Below are positions 1 to 12,749 of a DNA stretch of 64,000 nt, piece after piece; the first letter of the stretch is position 1, and each line of letters starts with the position of its first letter. The stretch covers positions 1,674,001-1,738,000 of the forward strand of contig CM075991.1 of assembly GCA_038087875.1 (NCBI GenBank). The letters are read 5' to 3'. A model generated the notes under the pieces. It made no database searches. It saw only the letters and a program-made list of their open reading frames with translations, and was not told the origin of the DNA. Made by a program: the position numbers and the translations under genes. The stretch comes from Malacoraja senta (Eukaryota).

Positions 1-21
1 GCGCAGGCGTGGCCGGGGTCC

Positions 22-183
22 TCACTCCTCCTCGGGGTTGTGCATGATGTGGCAGGGGGCACCGTAGGGATAGAAGCCAGTGGTGTGCAAGGTGCATCAC
101 GGCTCCGTCTTGTAGTTGGGGTGGCGGCTGAGGGAGTACAGCTCGGCCAGGCCGTGGGCGAACTGGCACTTGACCCCGTAGCG
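22..183 (-). pseudogene. Decayed ZFP36/TIS11-family (ZFP36L1/L2-like) tandem CCCH zinc-finger fragment
   Basis: Manual minus-strand translation: [52 protein letters not shown]. This aligns to ZFP36L1 [54 protein letters not shown]; one zinc-ligand Cys is TGA and another is Tyr. Confidence 0.88.
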
Positions 184-747
184 GACAATCGGGGAGCGGG
201 TTCCTCTAGAGTTGGAGCGGGGTTGGGCTGGAGTTGGACGGGCTTCTTCTCTGCGCTGGCTGTGGGCCTGGGGCCAGTGTCATTGGTCCGGGCTGTCGGT
301 TGGCCGGGCGGGTGAGCTGGGGTTGGCGCTTCTCTGCGCTGGGTGGTGGTATCCCGTCGGTCTGTACATCTCCAGCCGCCCCCTGGGCGGGGATGGGACA
401 CTTGAGTGGGGGGGGGGGGGGGTTGGGGGGGCGAGGGGCGAGGATGGTCCAGTGGCGGTTCGACAGCACATGCGGAGCCAGGGAGACGTGTTCGATCCTG
501 GCTGCGGATCTGTGTGCGTGCAACTGCCGAGAGCCGGTCCAGTGCCCCCCGTCCCCCCGTCCCCCACTCGTATCTGTCCCCTCTATCTGCCCCCTGACAA
601 ATACAAACTTGAAAAAAGACAACAATTCGGACCCAAACTATACTCACTGTATCTACAGCGCTTCGTTCGATATTTATTTATAGCGTTTGACCTTTGGCAA
701 ATCTCATGATCCCTTGCGGTTTCCGGAATACCGAACCGGCTTAAGAA

Positions 748-1125
748 CAGCGCTTCATATTTCGCTTGGGCAGCTTACAACCCAGCGGTATGAATGTTGA
801 ATTCTCTAATTTTAGGTAACTTCTACTAATATTCCTTTTCACTCCCTTGCGCCCTTCTCCCCCCCCCCGCCCCCCTAGTCGTTTCACTCGTTCCACAGTT
901 CAAACCATTGTAACCTTCTCAAGATCACACCTTCCCCAAACAACAATAGGTCTGATAGGTCTAACAGGGCATTTGTGGCCGGCCCTGATTGATCCTGGTC
1001 TTTTCTCGCCTCCTGTTCTTCACCCCCTCCCCCACCCCCTACTTTCAGTCTGAAGATGGGGCCCGATCCGAGCCGTCACCCATCTGAATATAATACCGTA
1101 TAAGCCAGCATCTGCAGCTGTTTTT
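748..1125 (+). mobile_element. Degenerate Penelope-like element 3' fragment
   Basis: Encodes IFRLGSLQPSGMNVEFSNFR* (GIY-YIG C-terminus), followed by a degenerate pseudo-LTR tail (CAGTCTGAAGATGGGG...). Confidence 0.7.
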
Positions 1126-1604
1126 TTCTATAGGATGGCTATACTCCTTCAATAGGCATAAATCTGAGTAATCCTGAATATTATATGATTAGTTTTCATT
1201 GTGTTTTTGTGTTGCTCTTCACCTCACAAATTATGAATTATCTACCGCTAGCGTTTCTTCCCCTGACGTAGATCTCACTGGTTCCCACTGAACTATTGTA
1301 TTTATCTGTCCAGGTGGCTATTGTTGGAAAAAAGAACGTGTGTTTTAAATGGTTCAGTATTCGGCTGTCTTTGAAACAAACTGCTATACTGCATTTGTCC
1401 AGCGGAGGGCAACAGCGACCTGTAAGGACGAGCGCAGAAGGCAGCTGATATTAACGTCTGATGATGGATAGACACAAAAAGCTGGAGTAACTCAGCGGGT
1501 CAGGAGAAAAGGAATAGGTGACGTTTCGGGTCGAGGCCCTTATTCTGACTGGGAGTCAGAGGAAAGGGAAACGAGAGTTATAGATGGTTATATAGATGGA
1601 GCTA

Positions 1605-2355
1605 GGGGGCGCCGGAGGAGGGAGATGGCAGCCCTGCCGACAGTCTGTTCGTTCTTTTCATCCTTTTTGTTATTTTTAGCATTTGTTTAAAGTTTGTTTT
1701 TAATGTTTTTCGGTTTGTTTTATGTGGGGGTCGGAGGAAACTTTTTTTTCAGGTCCTTACCTTCCCGGAGATGTGATCAATTTTCGGATCACATTCTCCA
1801 GGCTCTGCGGCCTACCATCGATGGAGCTGAAAGCCCCCTCGGACTGTCGTGATCCCCATCGCGGGGCGCGGACTTACCATCGGAGCGGATCCCTTGCCTG
1901 GGATCGCTCCCACCGCGGCCTGCGGACTTACTTACCATCAAGGGCTCACAGTCTCGGGAGAGGCTAGTCGGGAGCTCCAACGCCGCAGAAGGTGCGTCCA
2001 GCCCCGACGCGAGGTTTGATCGCCCAGCGCGGGGAGCTGACAACCCCCCGATGCAGGAGCTGAACGCCTCGACGCGGAGGGCCCGAACGCCGCCGGCTAC
2101 GGGACTCAAGACCGTCTCGTCAACGGGAGGCTCGAGGCCCCCGACCAAGGAAGAACAACAAGGGAAGGACTTGGAACTTTATTTTCGCCTTCCATCACAG
2201 TGAGGAATGTGTAGGAGTCACTGTCATGGATGTTTATGTTAAAATGTGTTTTTTTGAGTCTGTTGCTTTTTTAAATTGTATGACTGACGTGGCCAGTGAA
2301 TTTCACTACACCAATTGGTGTATGTGACAATAAATGAACATGAACTTATGAACTT
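1605..2355 (+). mobile_element. Non-autonomous GC-rich retroposon with Rex1/RTE-like 3' tail
   Basis: Ends ATTGGTGTATGTGACAATAAA plus short tandem tail. Similar to 2370-3205 (-) and 17200-18005 (+). Confidence 0.6.
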
Positions 2356-2369
2356 ATATGGAGAGATAT

Positions 2370-3205
2370 GGGACAAAGGACAAAATGGACAAAGGCCAAA
2401 GGACATTTATTGTCACATACACCAATTGGTGCAGTGAAATTTGAGTTACCATGCAGCACACAAATAAGATAAACACAACACTATAGAATCTAACATTAAA
2501 CATAAAAACATCCCCCTGCAGCGGAATCAACGTTTCCCACTGTGAGGGAAGGCAACAAAGTTCAGTCCTCTTCCTCTTTGTTCACCCGTGGTCGGGGCCT
2601 ATTGAGGCCTCCGCAGTCGCCGCAACGGCGGCCCGATGTTTCAGGCCCTCTCGCTGGATTATGGAACTCCAGCATCGGAAGAACACTCTCAGTGGCGTGG
2701 AGTTCCGAATCGGCCGCTTCCTACGGAGACCGCGGCTCCGAAGTCCACAGGCCGAGCTGGGCGGAGCTCCAACACTGGCGACCTCGGCTAGAGATCCCAG
2801 TCAGCGCCGCAGTGGCTGGAAGCTCCGCAGACCACAGCTCCACGATGTTAAAGTCGGCAGTCCCAGCACTCCGGAGCTTCCAACACGGCGACCCCGGTAT
2901 GGCATCGTCCGATCCGCGATGGTACTTCAGTGCTGCGCCGCTGCGGAAGCTGAAGCTCTGGCCGGTCTCCGGCAGGAAAGGCCACGCTAATCCAGATGGT
3001 AGGCCGCGAGGAGGTGGCGAAGATACGGCTCGGAGAATAGACGCATCCTCGACCAGGTAGCGACTGGAAAAAAACAGTTTCCCCTCCCCCCCCACCCCCC
3101 ACCCCCCACCCCCCATAAAAAAGACTAAAAGGCATTCAAAACAAAACTTTTGATAAACTAAAAATAGAAAAGGATGAAAGGAAGAATAGCTGCAGGCGAG
3201 GAGGT
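2370..3205 (-). mobile_element. Non-autonomous GC-rich retroposon, related to 17200-18005
   Basis: TTTATTGTCACATACACCAATTGG tail on the plus strand; body resembles the reverse complement of 17200-18005. Confidence 0.6.
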
Positions 3206-3846
3206 GGGCGAAGGAAATAGGCAACGTTTCGGGCCGAAATCCTTCTTCAGACTGATGTAGGGGTGGGGAGGTGTCGAGAAGAAAGGAGAAAGGAAGAGAA
3301 GGAGCCAGAGGGATGAGGGAGAGCTGAGAAGGGGAGGAGACAGCAAGGGCTACCGGAAATTGGAGAAGTAAATGTTTATGCAACTAGGGTGCAAACTGCC
3401 CAAGCGGAATATGAGGTGCTGCTCCTCCAATTTCCGGTGGTGCTCATTCTGGCCATGGAGGAGGCCCGGGAAAGAAAGGTCGGATTCGGAATGGGAGGGG
3501 GAGTTGAAGTGCTGAGCCACAGGGAGATCAGGTTGGTTAATGCAGACCGAGCGGAGGTGTTCGGCGAAACGATCGCCAAGCCTAGCTTGGTCTCACCGAT
3601 ATAGATCAGCTGACATCTAGAGCAGCGGATACAATAGATGAGGTTGGAGCAGATGCCTCTAGGGTGCAAACTGCCCAAGCAGAATATGAGGTGCTGCTCC
3701 TCCAATTTCTGGTGGTGCTCACTCTGGCCATGGAGGAGGCCCAGGAGGCCCCAGTTGCCTATTTCCTTCACTCCATAGATGCTGCTGCACCCGCTGAGTT
3801 TCTGCAGAACTTTTGTCTACCTCCGCTGGGTTGTAAGATGCCCAAG
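3206..3846 (-). mobile_element. Rearranged Penelope-like fragments (GIY-YIG + pseudo-LTR)
   Basis: SNLIYCIRCSRCQLIYIGETK and LEEQHLIFCLGSLHP motifs; internal duplication (~3384-3470 / ~3659-3745); hammerhead-like motif at ~3213-3256. Confidence 0.85.
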
Positions 3847-3899
3847 TTGTTCGCGGTAAGATTTTTCCCCCTGAACTGTTCCAGTTGAGTTCCTGCTCA

Positions 3900-4540
3900 G
3901 TGCTAACCCCTAGTATAGTGAATGTGGAGCTAACAGCAATCCAACTGAAGATGTAATTACTCTTTCTTGTTCGAGATTATCAATGCCAGCACTTCTGTGC
4001 TGTACATGTTAATTGTCTTTGACAAGATGATGCTTAGATCCTGTTTTCTGTCGAAATGGACTGCCGTGTTTGCTGAAAATTTGGAAAAGAAATTGAATAT
4101 TATACACATCACCACGCTTGGAGTTACTTAGTTCATGAAGCAGCTGATAATCGCTGGGCCGGGGTCGTTGCCCCGAGGAACTATTACATCCACGTCTATG
4201 GCTGGGAGGTTTAAACTCCAACAACTGCAACCGCCTTCCTTTGTGCATCGCATACACTGAACATTGGATTGTTTTCGTTTTATGTCCATTGAATTGAAGC
4301 TTCCTCGGATCCCCTTGACGCCGTTTGGTCAAATGCTGCTTTGTTGTCAAGGGCAATAACTCTCACCTCAACATTGAAATTCAGCTGTTTGCTCCAAAGC
4401 CTGTCATGAGATTGTGGAATGTGGCGGAGCTAGTTTGTGAGTGCTCTTTCTGAGGCGATTTGTTTCCACCCATAAATTTGCAACTATATCGTGTTCTGGA
4501 GATATTTCCCAGGATTGAGCATTCCATCACCGCCTGCTTT
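3900..4540 (-). mobile_element. Old CR1/L2-group LINE RT fossil
   Basis: Minus strand gives EVRVIALDNKAAFDQ (RT motif) near 4325-4375; boundaries approximate. Confidence 0.55.
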
Positions 4541-4549
4541 CCATTGACA

Positions 4550-5134
4550 ATAGACAATAGGTGGAGTAGGCCATTCGGCCCTTCGAGCCAGCACCGTCAT
4601 TCAATGTGATCATTGCTGATCATCCCCAATCAGTACCCCGTTCCTGCCTTCTCCCCCTATTCCCTGATTCCGCTATCTTAAGAGCCCTATCTAGCTCTCT
4701 CCTGAAAGTATCCAGAGAACCGGCCTCCAACGCCCTCTGAGGCAGAGAATTCCACAGACTCACAACTCTCTGTAAGAAAAAGTGTTTCCTTGTCTCCGTT
4801 CTAAATGGCTTACCCTTATTCTTAAACTGTGGCCCTTGGTTCTGGACTCCCCCAACATCACGAACATGTGTCCATACCGTTAATAATCTTATATGTTTCA
4901 ATAAGATCCCCTCTCATCCTTCTAAACTCCAGAGTATACAAGCCCAGCCGCTCCATTCACTCAGCACATGACAGTCCCGCCATCCCAGGAATTAGCCTTG
5001 TAAACCCACGCTGCACTCCCTCAATAGCAAAAAATGTCCTTCCTCAAATTAGGGGACCAAAACTGCACACAATACTCCAGGTGTGGTCTCACTAGGACCC
5101 TGTACAACTGCAGAAGGATCTCTGTGCTCCTACC
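4550..5134 (-). mobile_element. CR1 LINE 3' fragment
   Basis: [13 protein letters not shown] and LWNSLPQ motifs; 9-bp TSD CCATTGACA at 4541-4549 and 5135-5143. Confidence 0.9.
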
Positions 5135-5569
5135 CCATTGACAGTAAGGCACATCCAAACTAATGTGCTTCGGCATCATAAAGCCTCCAAGTGTAACCAA
5201 GAACACCACCAGAGCACAGTGCACTAACAACACGACACCCTCGCAGTCAATTCAAAAGTGATTTACTTTCATCTGTTCAGATTAACCTTCGAATTTTCTT
5301 TGATTTTTGCAACAGAAGAATTTAGCTTCAGGGTACACTGCAAGAGTTAGAGGCCAATAGCTGGGTTAGCATTGCAGCGTAGTATTGAGGGAGGACTCTG
5401 TGTTGCTGTTGTAATGTAGACAGGACGTTGAACTAGGGCCGGAAACTGACATTTAAAGTCTGGTGCTTCGGCGGGTACATGCTTATTGTGGAGACTTCAG
5501 CGTGCATTAGATAACGCTACTCTTCCATGGAATGTTGGAATATTAATCCAAAGCTTTTTTAATTGCTGA

Positions 5570-7770
5570 AATAAAGTATGCAACTGTGGTTATGGGAGAT
5601 TTCAAAATGCAGGTAGACTGGGGATATCAGGTTGGTAGCGGACCCCTAGAAAGGGAGTTTATAGAGTGCCTCCAAGATGGATTCTTCGAGAAGCGTGTAT
5701 TGGAGCTTACCAGAGAGAAGGCAATTCTGGATTCGTGTTGTCTAATGAACCAGATTTAAAAAGAGAACTCAAGGTAAAGGAACCACTTGGAGGTAGTGAC
5801 CAAAATATGATAAGTTTTCATCTGCAATTTGAGAAGATTAAACCAGAAGTGTTAGTGTTGTAGTTGAACAAAGGGGACTATGAAGGCGTGAGAGGGGGGC
5901 TGGCCAAGGTAGACTGGAAGAGCAATGGCAGGAATTTCTGGGTATAATCCAGAAGATGCAGGATCATTTCATTCCAAAGAGGAAGAAAGATTCTAAGGGG
6001 AGTAAGAGGCAACCGTGGCTGGTAAGGGATGTTAGGGATGGAATAAAACTAAAAGAAAAGGTGTATAACATAGCAAAGAGTAGTGGGAAGCCAGAGGATT
6101 GGGAATCCTTCAAAGGACAACGTAAGCTAACAAAAAGGGGAATACGAGTTGGAAAGATGAATTACGAGGATAAGCTTGCCAAGAATATACAGAAGGATAG
6201 TAAAACCTTCTTTAGGTATGTTAAGAGAAAAAAGATTAGTAAAGACAAATGTGGGTCCCTTGAAAGTAGAAACAGGTGAAATTATTATGATGGGGTACAA
6301 GGAAATGGCAGAAGAGTTGAACAGGTACTTTGGTTCTGACTTCACTAAGGAAGACACAAACAATCGCCCTGATGTACTAGAGGACAGAGGATCTAAGGAG
6401 ACAGAGAAACTGAAAGAAATTTGCATTAGGCGAGAAATTGTATTGGGAAGACTGATGGTCTGAAGGCTAATACATCCCCAGGGCCTGATGGCTCTAGAAA
6501 TCGTGGACGCATTGGTGATCATTTTTCCAATGTTCTATATATTCCGGATCAGTTCCTGTGAATTGGAGGGTAGCTAATGTTATCGCACTTTTCAAGAAAG
6601 AGCGAGAGAGAAAATGGGGAAAGATAGACCAGTTAACCTGACATCGGTGGTGGGGCAGATGCTGGAGTCAACGGCACATTTCGATAGCAGTAAAAGGATT
6701 GGTCCAAATCAGCATGGATTTATGTGGAAATCCTGCTTGGCTAATCTTCTGGAATTTTTTTTAGGATGTGACAAGTAAAATGGATGAAGGGAGAGCCAGT
6801 GGATGTATTGTATCTTGGCGTTCAGAAAGCATTGATAAGGTCCCACACAGGAGATTAATGGGCAAAATTAGAGCACATGGTGTTGGGGTAGGGTATTGAC
6901 ATGATAGAGAACTGGTTGGCAGACAGGAAACAAAGAGTAGGAATAAATGGATCTCTGTCAGAATGGCAGGCAGTGGCGAGTGGAGTGCCGCAAGGCTCGG
7001 TGCATGGTCCGCAACTATTTACAATATATATTAATGATTTAGATGATGGGATTAAAAGTAACACTAGCAAATTTGCAGATGACACAAAACTGCGAAGAGA
7101 ATGCTACGAGGTTGCAGGGTGACTTGGACAGGTTGAGTGAGTGGGCAGATATAGTATAATGTAGATACGTGTGAGATTATCCACTTGAACGGCAAGAAAG
7201 AAGGAGACGACATCTGGAGTATTGTGTGCAGTTTTGATCTCGTAATTTGAGGAATGACGTCCTTGCTATTGAGGCAGTGCAGCCCGAGGTTAACCCCCGG
7301 GCTGCGGGACTGTAATATAAGGAACGATTGGAAAGACTGGGCTTGTATTCACTGGAATTTAGAAGGATAAGAGGGGCTCTTATAGAAACAGATAAAATTA
7401 TAAAAGGACTGGACAAGCTAGATGCAGGAAATAATGTTTCCAATGTTGGGGAGTCCAGAACCAGGGGCCACAGTCTAAGACTAAAGGGGAGGCCATTTAC
7501 AACTGAGATGAGAAAATACGTTTACACCCAGAGAGTTGTGAAATTGTGGAATTCTCTGCCACAGAAGGCATTAGAGGCCAAATCACTGGATGGATTTAAA
7601 AGAGATTTAGATGGAGCTCCAGGGCTAGCGGAATCAAGGATATGGAGAGAAGGCAGGCACGGGTTACTGATTGTGGATGATCAGCCATGATCACAATGAA
7701 TGGCGGTGCTGGCTCAAAGGGCCAAATGGCCTCCTCCTGCACCTATTTTCTATGTTTCTTTGTTTCTATG
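5570..7770 (+). mobile_element. Degenerate CR1 LINE ORF2 (EN end, RT, 3' UTR)
   Basis: SGVPQGSV and KFADDTKL motifs across frameshifted ORFs; ends with TTCTATGT-type tail. Confidence 0.92.
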
Positions 7771-7774
7771 TTGG

Positions 7775-10700
7775 TACTCTCTTTCCATTCTCTCCTCGCC
7801 TCTCCTCCCTTCCTATCGCTCCCCTCCCACTCATCCCCTCTGCCCTCCTCCACTGGCCCTCTTACTCTCACCGCCACATCCCTACCTCTCCTTCCGCTCC
7901 ACTTCCCTCTCCAACTCTCTTCCCATTCACCTTCCCCTTCGCCTCTCCTACTATTCTCTCCACCTATCTTTCCCATCCCTTCCCCAATCCCCACATCGTC
8001 AGCTCTCCCTTTGCTCTCCGCCCTGTCATCCCCTCTCTCTCCTCCCATCTCTCCTCCTCCCCTTATCCTCTCCCAATCAGCTTCCTTCAAATATCCCCCT
8101 CACTCCCCTCTCCTCTGTCGGTCCACCTCCTCTCCATCCCCTCCCTTCCACCACCGCTCCCCATCCACCCTCTACTTTCCCTCTCCGCACATATCCCACC
8201 ACGCCTTCCCCATTCGTCCGCTCTCCTTATTCCCCTCCCCATTCCTCCCTCCACCTCCATTCGCTCGAACAGACTTCTCCCTCTCCCCTGCCTGTTCTCC
8301 CCTCTTCATAACCCCCCACCCTTCCCCGTCACCCCCCCCCTCTGATCCTTCGCTCCACCTGTGCTAACCGTTATCACTCTTGTCCTACCCTCTCAGCATC
8401 GATTCACTCCCATCCCACGCTCCCACTCTCCCCTTCTCTCACACATTCATTTCCTCCCTCCACCACCATCAACCTTCCTCTCCACCCCTTCCCTCCTACC
8501 CATGCCCTCTCCTGCCCTCACAAAGCACTCCCCATTCTTCCTCCATTCACCTCCCCTCCCCGTCTCCACCCCTTCCGCTCTTTTCCCTTTCTATCCCCTT
8601 TCCTGCGCTCCCTCCCAACCTCCCGTCTCTTCATCCCTCTCCATCTGCTCTTCCGTATCCTCGCCTTCCCATCCCCTCCCCTGCGCCTTTGCTCCCCTCA
8701 CCCTCTCATGCTTATCCAGTTTCTTCTCACGCAGCACCTCGCCCCCCCTCCTGTCTCTTCCTCCCTACAAACATCCCTCGCCTTCCTTCCATCCACTACC
8801 AATCACACACCCTCTTTCTCGGCACTCTCCTCTCTTACCCTCCCCTTTCCTTTCACTTGCCAGTTCCTCCCGCGCCGGGCCGCAAGGCAGAAGTCTTCCT
8901 GCTGGGCCGGTGCCACACCTCCGGTCACTCCTCTCCACACTCTCCTCCAGCCCACCGTCCATTCATCCGACCATCTCTCTTCCCACTCTTTGGCCCTCTT
9001 TCCCCTTTCTCCTCAAACCCTGGCTCACTCATTCCCTCAACTGCTCTGGCCCTCTCCACCCCCCCCCCCAGTCCCTCTCATCACCCACATCTCCAGTCGT
9101 TTCTCGGCCCACTCTTCTGGCTTTGTCCCCCGACTCTTCCATTCTGGTCTTCCGGTCCTTTCTTGCCGTACTCTTTTGTCACACCCTATCCCTTCTCTGG
9201 ACCTCCCTCTCCCTCACATTTCCAGCCTTCCTTGCATACACGGTTCCCCCCTGCTCCATCCCTCTCTCCCCTCGCTCCCCCGGTCCTCTGTCTCCCCGCT
9301 CGTCCGGTTGTCTCCCATCGCTTCCAGCCGTCTAGCCGTCCTTGTCTACAACTGGGCCTCCATCCCTCTTAACGGCCACTCCGTCCCTCTCTCCTTACAC
9401 CCAGCCTTGTTTACACCCACTACTCCGGCTCTTTCCCCACACATCTGCACCCCTCTTTCCAGTCCCCCGGCCCTCTTTGTCCCAGCACTCATCTTGCATC
9501 CGCTTAACACTGTTCTGCCCCCTTGTCCTCCCACATCTCAATCGCTCTCTGTCTTCACCTCGGGCCCTCTTTCTCCACACTCTTCAGAGACTCTTTCCCC
9601 CCACATTTCCACCCGACTCCCCCCCCCCCCCGTCCCTCCACCCAACGTGTCGAGCCCTCCCTCTATTCCCGCACACTCACCCCGCCCACACATCCGACCA
9701 CTCTTCCCACCCCTGGGCCCTCTTTTCCCCTACTCCTCTGCCCCTCTCTCCTCAATCCGACCCCTCTCCCACTTCTCTCCTCTACTCCATCCCAGTCCCC
9801 ACATCTCCGGCCGTCTATTTTACCCAACTCTTCTGTCTTCTCTTCCCGCAACCCACTGGCCCTCCCTATCCCTGCTCCTACTGCGCTCCCTTCCCACTCT
9901 TCTGGCCCTCTCTCCCCCACTCCTCTTCACGATTCTCTCCCCAAACTCATCCGATCCTCTCTCATCCCAATCCTTCGACCCTCTCCTCCCGGCCCTGCCC
10001 ACACGTTCGCGCCCCCTTTCTGTCCCAACTCCTCTGGTCCTTTCTGCATTCCACCCCACGGACTCTCTTTCTCCTCTGCAGGCTCTTTCTCCTCACTCGG
10101 GTATTTACCAAAGATCCTAAAGCGGACAAGATAGATCACTCCTGCTAAATGCAATGGGCTGACGTATAGTACGCAACGGAACGGAACGTGGGCCTTTTTT
10201 CCATCCATTTCAGTAACCCGACCTGACAACGTTGCGGGGGAACAGTTTGTGTTAATAAATTAAAATTCTGAAAATGAGAAGATTTTTTCCAAATAACTTT
10301 TATTTTTAATAGGATGTATCCGTAACCGGCTCCGCACTAGTATCCTATGAGATTTTTGGTGCGGAGACGGAAGCCGGTTACGGAAATGAGGCCGAAAATG
10401 ACCCATGAATCTGCCCATGACCGTACTACGTATTTTTCGTCGAGTGATCTATCTTGCTTGCTATAGGATCTTTGGTATTTACCGCATTGGCCTGCCCTCT
10501 CTCCTCCTCCCCTCTTCCTTCCCACCCACCCATCCCTCTCAACCACCACTGCTCCGGCCTTCTCTCCCTTCACTCCAATCCTTTCAACTCCCGCACCTCC
10601 CGCCGTCTCTCGCCCCACTCCTCCGGCCTCTCCACAATCCTCCAGCGCTCGCTTCACTCTTTTGGGCCTCTCTCACTGCAATCCTCCGTCCTTCTCTCCA

Positions 10701-11100
10701 CTCACTTCTCCGGCCGTCCCTCTCTTCTCGTAATTTTCTAGCCCATTCTCTCATCCGATCCTTTCTCTCCCCAATTTTCCAGGCCTCACACGTGCCCTTC
10801 ACTTTCTCCCCTCTCTTTCCACTTCTCCAGTCCTCTCTTCCCTCTCTTCTGGCCATCTCTCTTCTATATCCCCATCCTTACGCATCTCAGGCGCTCTGTC
10901 CCCCCTCCCCTCTTCCAGCCTAATACCTCCCCATTCCTCACGCCCTCTTTCTCCGCACTCCAGCGACACTATCTTACCATTCCTAAACCCCTGTCTCCCC
11001 AACGGTCCCTTTCCCTTCCTGGTGTCAGTCTCTCGCCACAACACCGTTCCATCCTTGCCGTCTTCTTCCTCTGTCCCATCACGCCGCTTCATCTTTTCCT
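7775..11100 (+). repeat. Aperiodic polypyrimidine (C/T-rich) low-complexity tract
   Basis: About 3.3 kb strongly C+T biased on the plus strand; produces overlapping Pro/Ser/Leu-rich spurious ORFs in all frames. Confidence 0.9.
10108..10475. mobile_element. MITE with ~34-bp TIRs (CCAAAGATCCT...) and 6-bp TSD
   Basis: CCAAAGATCCTAAAGCGGACAAGATAGATCACTC ... GAGTGATCTATCTTGCTTGCTATAGGATCTTTGG; TSD TATTTA at 10102-10107 and 10476-10481. Confidence 0.88.
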
Positions 11101-11216
11101 CGACAGGTGGGTGATATACAATAGCTAGAACGTCTGTGCTTCGGAGAAACCATCGCCGCCTGGGTTACATCTACAACAAAACATCTCAAGCTGAGATGCC
11201 ACTTCCCAGACACCAA

Positions 11217-11222
11217 TTTATT
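11217..11222 (-). terminator. Candidate polyadenylation signal of the GPCR gene
   Basis: AATAAA on the minus strand ~620 nt after the stop codon, followed by TTGGTGTCTGGG. Confidence 0.45.
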
Positions 11223-11841
11223 GTACAGACCCAGTAGAAGCTCTGGCATCCCGCGGCATCTGGGTGGAGTGGAGATTGGGGAGCGGGAGAGGGGAGGGGT
11301 AAGCGCACTGTCTAACTTTGGGAATAAACCGTTGAAACTGTAGCTGCTGACGTGTCGGTGAAAGAAGGGTGAGGTCCATGAGGATCTGGACCCAATGACG
11401 CCGGCGTTGCGGAGATTACAAAAGGGGGACCACCCTCAGGACGGAGATCGGCCAATGGTCATTGGGAGAAGGGAAGACCAGACAGACCAGTCACAAGTGG
11501 GAGATTGGACAATCATTCTGGGGATGGTTACACCAGACGGACCACGTTCAAGAGGCAGATCTGAACCTCGGAGGGAGATGGCCGATTCGACCCAGGGTGG
11601 AAATTATCGCAGATCGCTCCCCACTGCGGAGGGAGACGGGACAATTGGTCGCAGTGCAGAGTTTACACCAGACGGAGGAAGACGGCACAATTGGAGAAAT
11701 GTGACAGATCTCGCTGTGACTGTTCCCTGAGCGGGCAGTCGATGGGATCATCTGCCCGGGACTGACACCTGGAAGATCCTGCGGTGCATGTCAGGAGCCG
11801 GAGCCCGGAGCGGAGAGACTGTGGCTGCCGTTGGGATGCGC

Positions 11842-12749
11842 TCAGGGCGCGGATTTACTGAAGAGCCGAAGCACTGAGTTGACCGGATATTTAATTGCGC
11901 TCATCAGCTGCTCCCTGAACTTTGACTGGGTCGCCGCGTAAATAAATGTATTGGTGCAGCAGCTGAGATCCCTCAGCAAAAGCCCGAAGTCGTTAAAAAT
12001 CCATTCAGAAACATTCCGATCTGTTCCAGTTCCTCTGATCTGATAATAGATGAAGTTTACAACTTGCGTCAGCCACAGGATGACGAAGCTGCCGGAGATG
12101 GTGAAGAGTAAAACCACAGACCTCCTCCTGCTCTCCATCTCCGGGTCACTGCGGTTCTTCCCTTGGCTATGACCCCTCAGCCCCTTGCGGACCCGACTAG
12201 CCACTAAAATGTGCCGGACTGTCAGAACGTTGAGCAGTAAGATAACAGCGAAAGGGAGGAACGGAGTTAAAACCGTATTGGACCCATCAAATGCCACCCA
12301 TCCGGTGTCAGTGAAATAACTGTCCATCAGTTTACAGAACCACGGGATATTGCCGATGATTTTCCAAGGTTCCCGTGTGAAGTAGTGCGGGACGTTTTTC
12401 AGACAGAGCAGAACGCCGGTTGTTGCGAGAACTGCAGTCGCAGTTTTCCCGGTGCAATATTTTGTTTTCAGCTTCTGGCAACAAATTGTGACAAACCGAT
12501 CAAAGGTGAAAGTGACGGTGAACCAGACAGAGCAGTCTGTAGCCGCATTCGTCAGAACATAGTTAACACTGCACACAGGGGTGATAGACAGGAAACTCCA
12601 AGAAAAGTAATGATATCGGATCTGATACAAAATGACCTCGGTGATAACGACCAGTAGATCGGCCGCTGCCATGGCCACCAGATAGCGTGTGGTGCAGGTG
12701 GAGAGGCCGCACTTTCCCCGGGACAGGATCACAATCGCCACGAAATTCA
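11842..12749 (-). CDS. GPR139/GPR142-like class A GPCR, coding exon 2 (end of TM1 to C-terminus)
   Basis: Hydrophobic 7TM pattern with LVAMAAADLLV (TM2), TFDRFVTIC (DRY), TPFLPF (TM5) and CTNTFIY (NPxxY). Acceptor ttccttctcttttcgcAG at 12751-12750; phase-1 intron. The first 14 aa of track ORF 11842..12792 are intronic. Confidence 0.92.

Noticed and set aside
40..709. GC-rich overlapping ORFs
   Set aside because: Shadow ORFs over the ZFP36-like fragment and a repeat.
2542..3383. ORFs of 95-220 aa (also 17049-17982)
   Set aside because: They lie within dispersed non-autonomous retroposons and frames are not preserved between copies.
7671..11092. Long Pro/Ser/Leu-rich ORFs (up to 470 aa)
   Set aside because: They are open in all frames because the C/T-rich tract lacks stop codons; no domain signal.
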